Below, one piece after another: positions 1 to 12,955 of a stretch of 64,000 bases of DNA. The DNA is from Ranitomeya imitator. Taxonomy: Eukaryota. The stretch lies in assembly GCF_032444005.1 (NCBI RefSeq), contig NC_091285.1, positions 683,860,001-683,924,000 on the forward strand, given 5' to 3'. The stretch's first letter is position 1. The number at the start of each line of letters is the position of its first letter. The notes under the pieces are model-generated. The model did no database searches, was not told where the DNA came from, and saw nothing but the letters and a program-made list of their open reading frames with translations. The translations under genes were made by a program, and so were the position numbers.

Positions 1-3000
1 GCCCACTAATACAGTATTCTCCCCTCACACATATTCTCCGCTCACATATATTCTCCGCTCACACATATTCTCCGCTCACACATATTCTCCGCTCACACAT
101 ATTCTCCACCCACACATATTCTCCGCTCACACATATTCTCCGCTCACACATATTCTCCACCCACACATATTCTCCGCTCACACATATTCTCCGCTCACAC
201 ATATTCTCCGCTTACACATATTCTCCGCCCACTAATACAGTATTCTCCCCTCACACATATTCTCCGCTCACATATATTCTCCGCTCACACATATTCTCCG
301 CTCACACATATTCTCCGCCCACACATATTCTCCGCTCACACATATTCTCCACTCACACATATTCTCCGCTCACACATATTCTCCGCCCACACATATTCTC
401 CACCCACACATACAGTATTCTCCGCTCACACATATTCTCCGCTCACACATATTCTCCGCTCACACATATTCTTCGCCCACACATATTCTCCGCTCACACA
501 TATTCTCCGCTCACACATATTCTCCGCCCACACATATTCTCCACCCACACATACAGTATTCTCCGCTCACACATATTCTCCGCTCACACATATTCTCCGC
601 TCACACATATTCTCCACCTACACATATTCTCCCCTCACACATATTCTCCGCTCACACATATTCTCCGCCCACACATATTCTCTGCTCACACATATTCTCC
701 ACCTACACATATTCTCCCCTCACACATATTCTCCGCTCACACATATTCTCCGCCCACACATATTCTCTGCTCACACATATTCTCCGCTCACACATATTCT
801 CCGCTCACACATATTCTCCGCTCACACATATTCTTCGCCCACACATATTCTCCGCTCACACATATTCTCCGCTCACACATATTCTCCGCCCACACATATT
901 CTCCACCCACACATACAGTATTCTCCGCTCACACATATTCTCCGCTCACACATATTCTCCGCTCACACATATTCTCCGCCCACACATATTCTCCGCTCAC
1001 ACATATTCTCCGCTCACACATATTCTCCGCCCACACATATTCTCTGCTCACACATATTCTCCACCCACACATATTCTCCGCTCACACATATTCTCCGCTC
1101 ACACATATTCTCCGCCCACTAATACAGTATTCTCCCCTCACACATATTCTCCGCTCACATATATTCTCCGCTCACACATATTCTCCGCTCACACATATTC
1201 TCCGCTCACACATATTCTCCGCCCACACATATTCTCCGCTCACACATATTCTCCGCTCACACATATTCTCCATTCACACATATTCTCTGCTCACACATAT
1301 TCTCCGCTCACACATATTCTCCGCCCACACATATTCTCCATTCACACATATTCTCCGCTCACACATATTCTCCACTCACACATATTCTCCGCCCACACAT
1401 ATTCTCCACTCACACATATTCTCCGCTCACACATATTCTCCGCTCACACATATTCTCCGCCCACACATATTCTCCACCCACACATACAGTATTCTCCGCT
1501 CACACATATTCTCCGCTCACACATATTCTCCGCTCACACATATTCTCCACCCACACATACAGTATTCTCCGCTCACACATATTCTCCCCTCACACATATT
1601 CTCCGCTCACACATATTCTCCCCTCACACATATTCTCCGCTCACATATATTTTCCGCTCACACATATTCTCCGCTCGCACATATTCTCCCCTCACACATA
1701 TTCTCCGCTCACACATATTCTCCGCTCACACATATTCTCCGCTCACACATATTCTCCGCTCACACATATTCTCCGCTCACACATATTCTCCGCTCACACA
1801 TATTCTCCGCTCACACATATTCTCCGCTCACACATATTCTCCGCTCACACATATTCTCCGCTCACACATATTCTCCGTTCACACATATTCTCCGCTCACA
1901 CATATTCTCCGCCCACACATATTCTCCACCCACACATACAGTATTCTCCGCTCACACATATTCTCCGCTCACACATATTCTCCGCTCACACATATTCTCC
2001 GCCCACACATACAGTATTCTCCGCTCACACATATTCTCCCCTCACACATATTCTCCGCTCACACATATTCTCCGCTCACACATATTCTCCGCCCACACAT
2101 ATTCTCCACCCACACATACAGTATTCTCCGCTCACACATATTCTCCCATCACACATATTCTCCGCTCACACATATTCTCCGCTCACACATATTCTCCACC
2201 CACACATACAGTATTCTCCGCTCACACATATTCTCCCCTCACACATATTCTCCGCTCACACATATTCTCCCCTCACACATATTCTCCGCCCACACATATT
2301 CTCCACTCACACATATTCTCCGCTCACACATATTCTCCGCTCACACATATTCTCCGCCCACACATATTCTCCACCCACACATACAGTATTCTCCGCTCAC
2401 ACATATTCTCCGCTCACACATATTCTCCGCTCACACATATTCTCCGCTCACACATATTCTCCGCTCACACATATTCTCCGCTCACACATATTCTCCGCTC
2501 ACACATATTCTCCGCTCACACATATTCTCCGTTCACACATATTCTCCGCTCACACATATTCTCCGCCCACACATATTCTCCACCCACACATACAGTATTC
2601 TCCGCTCACACATATTCTCCGCTCACACATATTCTCCGCTCACACATATTCTCCGCCCACACATACAGTATTCTCCGCTCACACATATTCTCCCCTCACA
2701 CATATTCTCCGCTCACACATATTCTCCGCTCACACATATTCTCCGCCCACACATATTCTCCACCCACACATACAGTATTCTCCGCTCACACATATTCTCC
2801 CATCACACATATTCTCCGCTCACACATATTCTCCGCTCACACATATTCTCCACCCACACATACAGTATTCTCCGCTCACACATATTCTCCCCTCACACAT
2901 ATTCTCCGCTCACACATATTCTCCCCTCACACATATTCTCCGCCCACACATATTCTCCACTCACACATATTCTCCGCTCACACATATTCTCCGCTCACAC

Positions 3001-3817
3001 ATATTCTCCGCCCACACATATTCTCCACCCACACATACAGTATTCTCCGCTCACACATATTCTCCGCTCACACATATTCTCCGCTCACACATATTCTCCG
3101 CTCACACATATTCTCCACCCACACATACAGTATTCTCCGCTCACACATATTCTCCCCTCACACATATTCTCCGCTCACACATATTCTCCCCTCACACATA
3201 TTCTCCGCTCACATATATTTTCCGCTCACACATATTCTCCGCTCACACATATTCTCCCCTCACACATATTCTCCACTCACACATATTCTCCGCTCACACA
3301 TATTCTCCGCTTACACATATTCTCCGCCCACACATATTCTCCACCCACACATACAGTATTCTCCGCTCACACATATTCTCCGCTCACACATATTCTCCGC
3401 TCATACATATTCTCCGCTCACACATATTCTCCACCCACACATACAGTATTCTCCGCTCACACATATTCTCCCCTCACACATATTCTCCGCTCACACATAT
3501 TCTCCCCTCACACATATTCTCCGCTCACATATATTTTCCGCTCACACATATTCTCCGCTCACACATATTCTCCCCTCACACATATTCTCCGCTCACATAT
3601 ATTCTCCGCTCACACATATTCTCCGCTCACACATATTCTCCGCTCACACATATTCTCCGCTCACGCATATTCTCCGCTCACACATATTCTCCGCTCACAC
3701 ATATTCTCCGCTCACACATATTCTCCGCTCACACATATTCTCCGCCCACACATATTCTCCGCCCACACATATTCTCCACTCACACATATTCTCCGCTCAC
3801 ACATATTGTCCACCCAC
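1..3817. repeat. 17-bp tandem satellite (ATTCTCCGCTCACACAT)n with 22-bp variants carrying an ACAGT insertion; open at the window start
   Basis: Continuous 17-nt periodicity from base 1 to about 3817, with recurring single-base variants. Confidence 0.97.
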
Positions 3818-4109
3818 ACACTCTTCCTCCTGACATCATTTCCTTTCGGCAGCATTTTTGGAATGTAAATCCGCAAACCTTTTTACACGTCTGGTTTGGC
3901 TGTGGATTTGACTGACTCGGTGTAAGTCAATGGTGCAGAAACGCTGCAGATCCAGAAAAAGAACTGACATGCTGTGGAAAATAAAACGTTGTGAATCAGG
4001 TTAGAATTTTCCACAGCATGAGCTCACCAATTCTGGAATCTCATTGATTAACCTTGCTTGAACAATCCTTTGCGGATTTGGTGAAAACGCTACGGATCCG
4101 CAACAAATC

Positions 4110-5835
4110 TGCAATATGTGCACATAGCCTATGGCATCTCTCATCCTGATCCAATAGAATCTTGTTCTGATTTTGGCCTCAGTCTTGTGGAAACTAAAAT
4201 GTTCAGATTGGTTATGATTGTCTTTGAAGCCTATGTTGGCATGTTGCCTCAGTCCAAAGATCATGATTACTCACTCACAGGTAGTTGGATCAATGGTTCT
4301 TCAAAGCAGTAGTCCTCTTTCAAAGGATGGCCATTTAGACTGTCTCAACAGTCTGCTCATCTCAATGTTCCTGTGGCTGCCTTGGTCTCTATGGGGTCCA
4401 CTCTTCATAGTGACGATGTTTTTGAAGTATACAACATTCTGCTCTCTTCCTGGATTTGGATATATTGTCACTTTGGAACTGTTTCTCTTGCTGGTCAGAC
4501 AAGGCTGAGGATGTCACCTCATTGCAGGAGTTACTTGCTTTACAAACAATTGGTGGAAATCTGGCTTCTCTACTTCTTCCCATTCCTCACCTTCAGGCTC
4601 TTTACCAGTAGGAAGCATGGACAGCATGTTAGCATTGGTGTTAGATTTCCCTGCTCTGTATTTGGTAATGAATTGCTAATTTGCCAGTCATGATAGTAAC
4701 ATAGTAACATAGTAACATAGTTAGTAAGGCCGAAAAAAGACATTTGTCCATCCAGTTCAGCCTATATTCCATCATAATAAATCCCCAGATCTACGTCCTT
4801 CTACAGAACCTAATAATTGTATGATACAATATTGTTCTGCTCCAGGAAGACATCCAGGCCTCTCTTCAACCCCTCGACTGAGTTCGCCATCACCACCTCC
4901 TCAGGCAAGCAATTCCAGATTCTCACTGCCCTAACATTAAAGAATCCTCTTCTATGTTGGTGGAAAAACCTTCTCTCCTCCAGACGCAAAGAATGCCCCC
5001 TTGTGCCCGTCACCTTCCTTGGTATAAACAGATCCTCAGCGAGATATTTGTATTGTCCCCTTATATACTTATACATGGTTATTAGATCGCCCCTCAGTCG
5101 TCTTTTTTCTAGACTAAATAATCCTAATTTCGCTAATCTATCTGGGTATTGTAGTTCTCCCATCCCCTTTATTAATTTTGTTGCCCTCCTTTGTACTCTC
5201 TCTAGTTCCATTATATCCTTCCTGAGCACCGGTGCCCAAAACTGGACACAGTATTCCATGTGCGGTCTAACTAGGGATTTGTACAGAGGCAGTATAATGC
5301 TCTCATCATGTGTATCCAGACCTCTTTTAATGCACCCCATGATCCTGTTTGCCTTGGCAGCTGCTGCCTGGCACTGGCTGCTCCAGGTAAGTTTATCATT
5401 AACTAGGATCCCCAAGTCCTTCTCCCTGTCAGATTTACCCAGTGGTTTCCCGTTCAGTGTGTAATGGTGATATTGATTCCCTCTTCCCATGTGTATAACC
5501 TTACATTTATCATTGTTAAACCTCATCTGCCACCTTTCAGCCCAAGTTTCCAACTTATCCAGATCCATCTGTAGCAGAATACTATCTTCTCTTGTATTAA
5601 CTGCTTTACATAGTTTTGTATCATCTGCAAATATCGATATTTTACTGTGTAAACCTTCTACCAGATCATTAATGAATATGTTGAAGAGAACAGGTCCCAA
5701 TACTGACCCCTGCGGTACCCCACTGGTCACAGCGACCCAGTTAGAGACTATACCATTTATAACCCTCTCTGATGCCCCTCTCTGTTCCAAGGCTCCCAGT
5801 TGGGCTTATGTTCAGGTGTAACAATGGGCTATTGT
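4110..5835 (-). mobile_element. Decayed Ty3/Gypsy pol relic (RNase H end, connection, integrase Zn-finger start), split by a CR1 insertion
   Basis: Minus-strand translation gives DNSPLLHLN / AQLGALEQR (5765-5835) and then LAN*QFITKYRAGKSNTNANMLS...HFSFHKTEAKIRTRFYW (4690-4110), with stops and frameshifts. Confidence 0.75.
4693..5764 (-). mobile_element. 5'-truncated CR1 LINE (RT C-terminus, 3'UTR and octamer tail)
   Basis: ORF 4810-5790 has PQGSVLGP and FADD motifs. The tail is (ATAGTAAC)n on the + strand. It is nearly identical to the copy at 8854-9920 (about 5 differences by eye). Confidence 0.95.
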
Positions 5836-6018
5836 CTGAAAAGGAGTGTATTAACATATGAACACACTCTTTCTATTGCTGACCTCTAATGATGGTGGAG
5901 CATTAAAATGCTGGGAGTGCTCAATGCTGGAATCGAGCAGGTCAGATGCTCAGACTCAACTCGATGTCATACTCAACTCGAGTACTGAACATAATGGAAG
6001 TCAATAGGATATACAAAC

Positions 6019-6763
6019 TAAAGGCACCTTCACACTGAGCGACTTTAGAACGATAGCAATCCGTGACGTTGCAGCGTCCTGAATAGCGATATCGTTGTGT
6101 TTGACAGGCAGCAGGGATCTGGATCCTGCTGTGAGATCGCTGGTCGGAGCTAGAAGGCCAGAACTTTATTTCGTCGCTGGATCTCCCGCTGACATCGCTG
6201 AATCGGCGTGTGTGACACCGATTTAGCGATGTCTTCACTTGTAACCAGGGTAAACATCGGGTTATTAAGCGCAGGGCCGCGCATGTAACCCGATATTTAC
6301 CCTGGTTACCATTGTAAATGTAAAAAAACAAAACACTACATACTTACATTCCGATGTCTGTCGCGTCCCCCGGCGTCAGCTTCCCTGCACTGTGTCAGCG
6401 CCGGCCAGCCGTAAAGCAGAGCACAGCGGTGACATCACCGCTCTGCTTTACGGCCGGCGCTTACACAGTGCAGGGAAGCTGAAGGCGGGGGACGCGACAG
6501 ACACCGGAATGTAAGTATGTAGTGTTTTTTTTTTTTACATTTACAATGGTAACCAGGGTAAACATCGGGTTACTAAGCGCGGCCCTGCACTTAGTAACCC
6601 GATGTTTACCCTGGTTACCAGGGGACTTCGGCATCGTTGGTCGCTGGAGAGCTGTCTGTGTGACAGCTCTCCAGCGACCACACAACGACGAAACAGCGAC
6701 GCTGCAGCGATCGGCATCGTTGTCTATATCTCTGCAGCGTCGCTTAATGTGACGGTACCTTAA
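6019..6763. mobile_element. T2/Kolobok-type MITE
   Basis: Termini AAGGCACCTTCACAC...GTGACGGTACCTTAA at TTAA-like sites; internal inverted GGTAACCAGGGTAAACATCGGG blocks. Confidence 0.8.
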
Positions 6764-7094
6764 GAAGCAAATTCCCAAGTGAGGCAAAATTCTAAAAAAA
6801 GGGCATTTACCCCCATATCTGCCATCATGGAGTAGATACATTGCTTTGATTGACTCTTGTAAAATTGCAATGTGCCTTTTAATTTTTTCCTCATTATGCC
6901 ATTTACCAATTTTGTTTATTAGATTTATGTTTGGATAGATTGGACTTTTATGGACATGATTTCATTAAATATGCACAATTTTATGGGGGGAAAAGGTGGA
7001 TGATTTAAACTTTTTTTTTATTTTTTCCTATTTTTATAAACATTTTTTTTTTTACTGTACTTAGTATTTTATCTAGGCGACTTGGATATGTATA

Positions 7095-7517
7095 TAGCCT
7101 CTTTCACACTTGCAGCGGTACGGGTCCGTTGCTATGCATCGGGCCAACGTACCGACGTACGTTGAGAAATTTGTGCACGACGTGGGCAGTGGATGCAGTT
7201 TTTCAACGCATCCGCTGCCCATTCTGAAGTCTAGGGAGGAGGGGGCAGAGTTTCAGCCGCGCATGCGTGGTAGAAAATGGCGGACGCGACGGACAAAAAA
7301 ACGTTCACTTGAACGTTTTTTTCTTGCTGACGGTCTGCCAAAACACGAAGGATCCCTTGCACGACATACGCGACGTGTGGCCATCTGTCACGATCCGTCG
7401 CTAATACAAGTCTATGGGTAAAAAACGCATCCTGCGAGAACATTTGCCGGATCCATTTTTTCCCAAAACGATGGATTGTGACAGATTTCTAAAAACGCAA
7501 GTGTGAAAGTAGCCTTA
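7095..7517. mobile_element. MITE of the GGCTACTTTCACAC family
   Basis: Termini GCCTCTTTCACACTTGC...GCAAGTGTGAAAGTAGCC; related to 29724-30128. Confidence 0.7.
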
Positions 7518-7899
7518 GTTGCATTGCTTGTATATTAATAATTTTTTATTTTATTTATATAGCACCAAAATATGCAACACCGTACAATAATTCACCAGTT
7601 ACAGGAGGAGCGAGAGTCCGGATCACTAACTACAATCTTTAAGGAAATAGGGGACACAATAAGTAGAAAGTGCTTGTCATGTACGGTTCAGCCATCATTA
7701 ATTTTTCTACAGTTTTTCTGCATCGGTATTATCATTAAGGCCTCTCATGACTTATTTTACAGACTCAGGTAAATTTCGAATTTCTCATGTTATGTGTGTT
7801 TTGTCGTAAAAATTAATTTGCTGATATTCTTGCTTATTGCAATTTCTCCAGAAATCTATCTATCTAGATATTTGTTGGGAATCTCTCTCAGGCAAAAGT

Positions 7900-8240
7900 A
7901 ATGAATCCAGAAAAGGTAGAAGAGGATCTGCGATCATAGAACTAATTCTTACCAACAGGGAGGAAATGGTTGAGGAAGTAAAGGTGGCTGGGAATTTAGG
8001 AAGCAGCGATCATGCTATCCTCGAATTTTGGATTACAAGACCAGGACCAGAGAGGATTCACACTTTAAAGTTGGACTTCAGAAACGCAGATTTTAACGGA
8101 CTCAGAAGAGGGTAAGAAAGGTCCAATGGATGGATGTTCTAAAGGACAGAAATATCCAAGAAGGATGGGAGATTTTGGTAAATAAAATTCTCACAGTTCA
8201 ATTGGAATTTGAAGCATTTAAAGAGACCAGGATGGATGTC
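7900..8240 (+). mobile_element. Old CR1 LINE endonuclease fragment
   Basis: Translation ILTNREEMVEEVKVAGNLGSSDHAILEF matches the CR1 APE C-terminus (SDH motif). Confidence 0.75.
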
Positions 8241-8249
8241 ATAGGACAT

Positions 8250-8660
8250 CATGTTTTCTGGCAATTTAAGTAACTATGTTAAATAAGACAATACCTCAAA
8301 ATAAATGAAAATAGACTCATAAAATTATTTTTTTATTACTAATGTTTCATGAAAGTCATTTTTTAACTGCAATGAGCTCACTAACACACACTAAAATCGA
8401 TTATTCTTCCCTGTGAAGCTTCTCGGTACATTTACGCTTGCGAGTAGCATCTGGAATGTCTCTCTGAAGCCTCCAACAGCATTCTGCCATCATTGTAATG
8501 CTCCATCTTTCCTGGTATCTTCTTTCCATCTCCTTAATGTCATGGTGGAATCGTTCACCTTGCTCTTTACTCACAGCTCCCAAATTTTCAGGAAAGTTGT
8601 CAAGATGGGAATGGAATGGAGGAAATGCACTTTCAAACTCATCAGGCAACCTTTTCTCTC
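8250..8660 (-). mobile_element. DNA transposase C-terminal fragment, probably Chapaev3/CMC-like; duplicate of 15210-15700
   Basis: HSHLDNFPENLGAVSKEQGERFHHDIKEMERRYQERW in ORF 8401-8649. Family assignment is from memory. Confidence 0.55.
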
Positions 8661-8853
8661 GTGCATCCCCTACTCATATTTCACCAGAAATCTTAAAAGT
8701 GGCAAAATGATGCAATTTTCCCTACTTCTGAGCATTGCTAGTTTGTATTATTGAGGTTTGTGAATTAAAAAAAATCAACAAATTTTAAAGTTAAGAAATT
8801 CGCAAAACTTCAGTTCCTGAGTTCAGTTTCAGAGTCCAGAGTGCTAACCATTA

Positions 8854-11800
8854 ACATAGTAACATAGTAACATAGTTAGTAAGGCCGAAAAAAGACATTT
8901 GTCCATCCAGTTCAGCCTATATTCCATCATAATAAATACCCAGATCTACGTCCTTCTACAGAACCTAATAATTGTATGATACAATATTGTTCTGCTCCAG
9001 GAAGACATCCAGGCCTCTCTTGAACCCCTCGACTGAGTTCGCCATCACCACCTCCTCAGGCAAGCAATTCCAGATTCTCACTGCCCTAACAGTAAAGAAT
9101 CCTCTTCTATGTTGGTGGAAAAACCTTCTCTCCTCCAGACGCAAAGAATGCCCCCTTGTGCCCGTCACCTTCCTTGGTATAAACAGATCCTCAGCGAGAT
9201 ATTTGTATTGTCCCCTTATATACTTATACATGGTTATTAGATCGCCCCTCAGTCGTCTTTTTTCTAGACTAAATAATCCTAATTTCGCTAATCTATCTGG
9301 GTATTGTAGTTCTCCCATCCCCTTTATTAATTTTGTTGCCCTCCTTTGTACTCTCTCTAGTTCCATTATATCCTTCCTGAGCACCGGTGCCCAAAACTGG
9401 ACACAGTACTCCATGTGCGGTCTAACTAGGGATTTGTACAGAGGCAGTATAATGCTCTCATCATGTGTATCCAGACCTCTTTTAATGCACCCCATGATCC
9501 TGTTTGCCTTGGCAGCTGCTGCCTGGCACTGGCTGCTCCAGGTAAGTTTATCATTAACTAGGATCCCCAAGTCCTTCTCCCTGTCAGATTTACCCAGTGG
9601 TTTCCCGTTCAGTGTGTAATGGTGATATTGATTCCCTCTTCCCATGTGTATAACCTTACATTTATCATTGTTAAACCTCATCTGCCACCTTTCAGCCCAA
9701 GTTTCCAACTTATCCAGATCCATCTGTAGCAGAATACTATCTTCTCTTGTATTAACTGCTTTACATAGTTTTGTATCATCTGCAAATATCGATATTTTAC
9801 TGTGTAAACCTTCTACCAGATCATTAATGAATATGTTGAAGAGAACAGGTCCCAATACTGACCCCTGTGGTACCCCACTGGTCACAGCGACCCAGTTAGA
9901 GACTATACCATTTATAACCACCCTCTGCTTTCTATCACTAAGCCAGTTACTAACCCATTTACACACATTTTCCCCCAGACCAAGCATTCTCATTTTGTGT
10001 AGCAACCTCTTGTGCGGCACGGTATCAAACGCTTTGGAAAAATCGAGATATACCACGTCCAATGACTCACCGTGGTCCAGTCTATAGCTTACCTCTTCAT
10101 AAAAACTGATTAGATTGGTTTGACAGGAGCGATTTCTCATAAACTCATGCTGATATGGAGTTAAACAGTTATTCTCATTGAGATAATCCAGAATAACATC
10201 CCTCAGAAACCCTTCAAATATTTTACCAACAATAGAGGTTAGACTTACTGGCCTATAATTTCCAGGTTCACTTTTAGAGCCCTTTTTGAATATTGGCACC
10301 ACATTTGCTATGCGCCAGTCCTGCGGAACAGACCCTGTCGCTATAGAGTCACTAAAAATAAGAAATAATGGTTTATCTATTACATTACTTAGTTCTCTTA
10401 GTACTCGTGGGTGTATGCCATCCGGACCCGGAGATTTATCTATTTTAATCTTATTTAGCCGGTTTCGCACCTCTTCTTGGGTTAGATTGGTGACCCTTAA
10501 TATAGGGTTTTCATTGTTTCTTGGGATTTCACCTAGCATTTCATTTTCCACCGTGAATACCGTGGAGAAGAAGGTGTTTAATATGTTAGCTTTTTCCTCG
10601 TCATCTACAACCATTCTTTCCTCACTATTTTTTAAGGGGCCTACATTTTCAGTTTTTATTCTTTTACTATTGATATAGTTGAAGAACAGTTTGGGATTAG
10701 TTTTACTCTCCTTAGCAATGTGCTTCTCTGTTTCCTTTTTGGCAGCTTTAATTAGTTTTTTAGATAAAGTATTTTTCTCCCTATAGTTTTTTAGAGCTTC
10801 AATGGTGCCATCCTGCTTTAGTAGTGCAAATGCTTTCTTTTTACTGTTAATTGCCTGTCTTACTTCTTTGTTTAGCCACATTGGGTTTTTCCTATTTCTA
10901 GTCCTTTTATTCCCACAAGGTATAAACCGCTTACACTGCCTATTTAGGATGTTCTTAAACATTTCCCATTTATTATCTGTATTCTCATTTCTGAGGATAT
11001 TGTCCCAGTCTACCAGATTAAGGGCATCTCTAAGCTGTTCAAACTTTGCCTTCCTAAAGTTCAATGTTTTTGTGACTCCCTGACAAGTCCCCCTAGTGAA
11101 AGACAGGTGAAACTGTACAATATTGTGGTCGCTATTTCCTAAATGCCCAACCACCTGCAGATTTGTTATTCTGTCAGGTCTATTAGATAGTATTAGGTCT
11201 AAAAGTGCTGCTCCTCTGGTTGGATTCTGCACCAATTGTGAAAGATAATTTTTCTTGGTTATTAGCAGAAACCTGTTGCCTTTATGGGTTTCACAGGTTT
11301 CTGTTTCCCAGTTAATATCCGGGTAGTTAAAGTCCCCCATAACCAGGACCTCATTATGGGTTGCAGCTTCATCTATCTGCTTTAGAAGTAGACTTTCCAT
11401 GCTTTCTGTTATATTTGGGGGTTTGTAACAGACCCCAATGAGAATTTTGTTACCATTTTTCCCTCCATGAATTTCAACCCATATGGACTCGACATCCTCA
11501 TTCCCTTCGCTAATATCCTCCCTTAAAGTGGACTTTAGACAAGACTTTACATAGAGACAAACCCCTCCTCCTCTCCGATTTTTACGATCCTTTCTAAACA
11601 GACTGTAACCCTGTAAGTTAACTGCCCAGTCATAGCTTTCATCTAACCATGTCTCGGTTATTCCCACTATGTCAAAGTTACCTGTAGATATTTCTGCTTC
11701 TAGTTCTTCCATCTTGTTTGTCAGGCTTCTGGCGTTTGCGAGCATGCAGTTTAGAGGATTTTGTTTTGTTCCAATCTCCTCACTGTGGATTGTTTTAGAA

Positions 11801-11911
11801 ATGTTCTTACCTCCCTTCTGAGTATGTTTTCCTGGGTCGTCTTTGTTCGAGTCTAATGTTTTTCTTCCCGTCCCCTCTTCTTCTAGTTTAACGCCCTCCT
11901 GATGAGTGTAG
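8854..11911 (-). mobile_element. CR1 LINE, 5'-truncated at the end of ORF1, with CATTA target-site duplication
   Basis: Octamer tail at 8854-8875. The ORF1 end TLIRRALN* is at about 11884-11910. CATTA occurs at 8849-8853 and 11912-11916. Confidence 0.95.
8965..11745 (-). CDS. CR1 ORF2: APE endonuclease plus reverse transcriptase, uninterrupted 926 aa
   Basis: ITETW, MGDFN and SDH endonuclease motifs; YLDFSKAFD, PQGSVLGP and FADD RT motifs. Confidence 0.95.
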   Translation of the reverse strand: MLANARSLTNKMEELEAEISTGNFDIVGITETWLDESYDWAVNLQGYSLFRKDRKNRRGGGVCLYVKSCLKSTLREDISEGNEDVESIWVEIHGGKNGNKILIGVCYKPPNITESMESLLLKQIDEAATHNEVLVMGDFNYPDINWETETCETHKGNRFLLITKKNYLSQLVQNPTRGAALLDLILSNRPDRITNLQVVGHLGNSDHNIVQFHLSFTRGTCQGVTKTLNFRKAKFEQLRDALNLVDWDNILRNENTDNKWEMFKNILNRQCKRFIPCGNKRTRNRKNPMWLNKEVRQAINSKKKAFALLKQDGTIEALKNYREKNTLSKKLIKAAKKETEKHIAKESKTNPKLFFNYINSKRIKTENVGPLKNSEERMVVDDEEKANILNTFFSTVFTVENEMLGEIPRNNENPILRVTNLTQEEVRNRLNKIKIDKSPGPDGIHPRVLRELSNVIDKPLFLIFSDSIATGSVPQDWRIANVVPIFKKGSKSEPGNYRPVSLTSIVGKIFEGFLRDVILDYLNENNCLTPYQHEFMRNRSCQTNLISFYEEVSYRLDHGESLDVVYLDFSKAFDTVPHKRLLHKMRMLGLGENVCKWVSNWLSDRKQRVVINGIVSNWVAVTSGVPQGSVLGPVLFNIFINDLVEGLHSKISIFADDTKLCKAVNTREDSILLQMDLDKLETWAERWQMRFNNDKCKVIHMGRGNQYHHYTLNGKPLGKSDREKDLGILVNDKLTWSSQCQAAAAKANRIMGCIKRGLDTHDESIILPLYKSLVRPHMEYCVQFWAPVLRKDIMELERVQRRATKLIKGMGELQYPDRLAKLGLFSLEKRRLRGDLITMYKYIRGQYKYLAEDLFIPRKVTGTRGHSLRLEERRFFHQHRRGFFTVRAVRIWNCLPEEVVMANSVEGFKRGLDVFLEQNNIVSYNY

Positions 11912-12955
11912 CATTACACCATGGAACCAGCTGATGTGCCCAATCACTGACCTTCTTCATGACGCTATTGACATATGGTCTTGTCCACAGGTATGTAGTG
12001 TGATAAGACATTCACATATATCAATATTTGCATCTATACTTATTTATGTATTTTTCTTGTATTTTCACAACTTTTCATTATTTTACGTAATTACATATTT
12101 TGATCTACATTAATGTTTTGAGATTCCGCACTCCTTAACATTTTATTTTTACTTTGTTTTCATATCTTTTGATATGTTCACATGCATTCATATTTTATTA
12201 TATTTATCATATGTTAATTTAGATTGATTTTCTTTCTCACATTCAGTCATATGATTTTTACTTTAGGTTTCACGTTCCTCAGCATTTTCATTGTTTATAA
12301 TTGGTTATCTGTGCACAAATAGAGTCTCCTCTGCAGGTTTGATACAACCCTCAGATGTATGGATTGTGCTTGAACGCGCGTCGGGGCTTGGCACCGCATC
12401 CTGCAGGCTGTAATGCCTATTCTGTTACTCTGATTTTCATCTCAGCACTTTCTTATTCATTTACCTGGCTGTCTCCGCTGTTTCGGGCTCGGTCTGTCAT
12501 ACAACATATTGTAAGCAGTAGACTTGTGTTACCATATAACCCTTTACATATTTTTATCCTGTTAATAAATTATTTGTGTTTTTTTATTTTGATAAGACAT
12601 TGTTTCATATTGTATTTACATAATCTGCCATCCTAATGATATCATGTTTTTATTGTACATGTGACATGATAGTGAATTTTGCTTCTTACTTCCCTTGCTT
12701 GGAATTATTATTATTACTGAGTTTCCTCCTTAGCTCCTGCTCTTTCTGTTTTTTTTGTGTGGTGTGGCGCCACCTGCTGGTTCCCCATTTGTTATTCATT
12801 TTTATGTAATATTTTATTAAGAACTTTAAATGCCATTATGTTTGAGCCCTTCTTTGATTTTCTGGTCTTTTGCCACACCGACAGGGAGAAAAGTATCCTT
12901 CCACAGACTAGTATCAAAATATTATCTGAATCAGTGGCCAGTGGAGTTATCACAT

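Larger units (their letters stand above)
8812..11928 (-). pseudogene. tRNA-Gln(CTG) pseudogene split by a CR1 insertion
   Basis: TTCAGAGTCCAGAGTGCTAACCATTA ends at 8853 and CATTACACCATGGAACC lies at 11912-11928. The T-arm region is also deleted. Confidence 0.9.

Noticed and set aside
1-3817. Short regular repeats that could suggest a CRISPR array
   Set aside because: The monomers are head-to-tail with no unique spacers, and the context is eukaryotic.
4817-11083. Plus-strand ORFs of 93-215 aa opposite the CR1 copies
   Set aside because: They are antisense shadows of the RT frame. The same applies to the small ORFs overlapping the Gypsy, hAT, Tc1 and Penelope ORFs.
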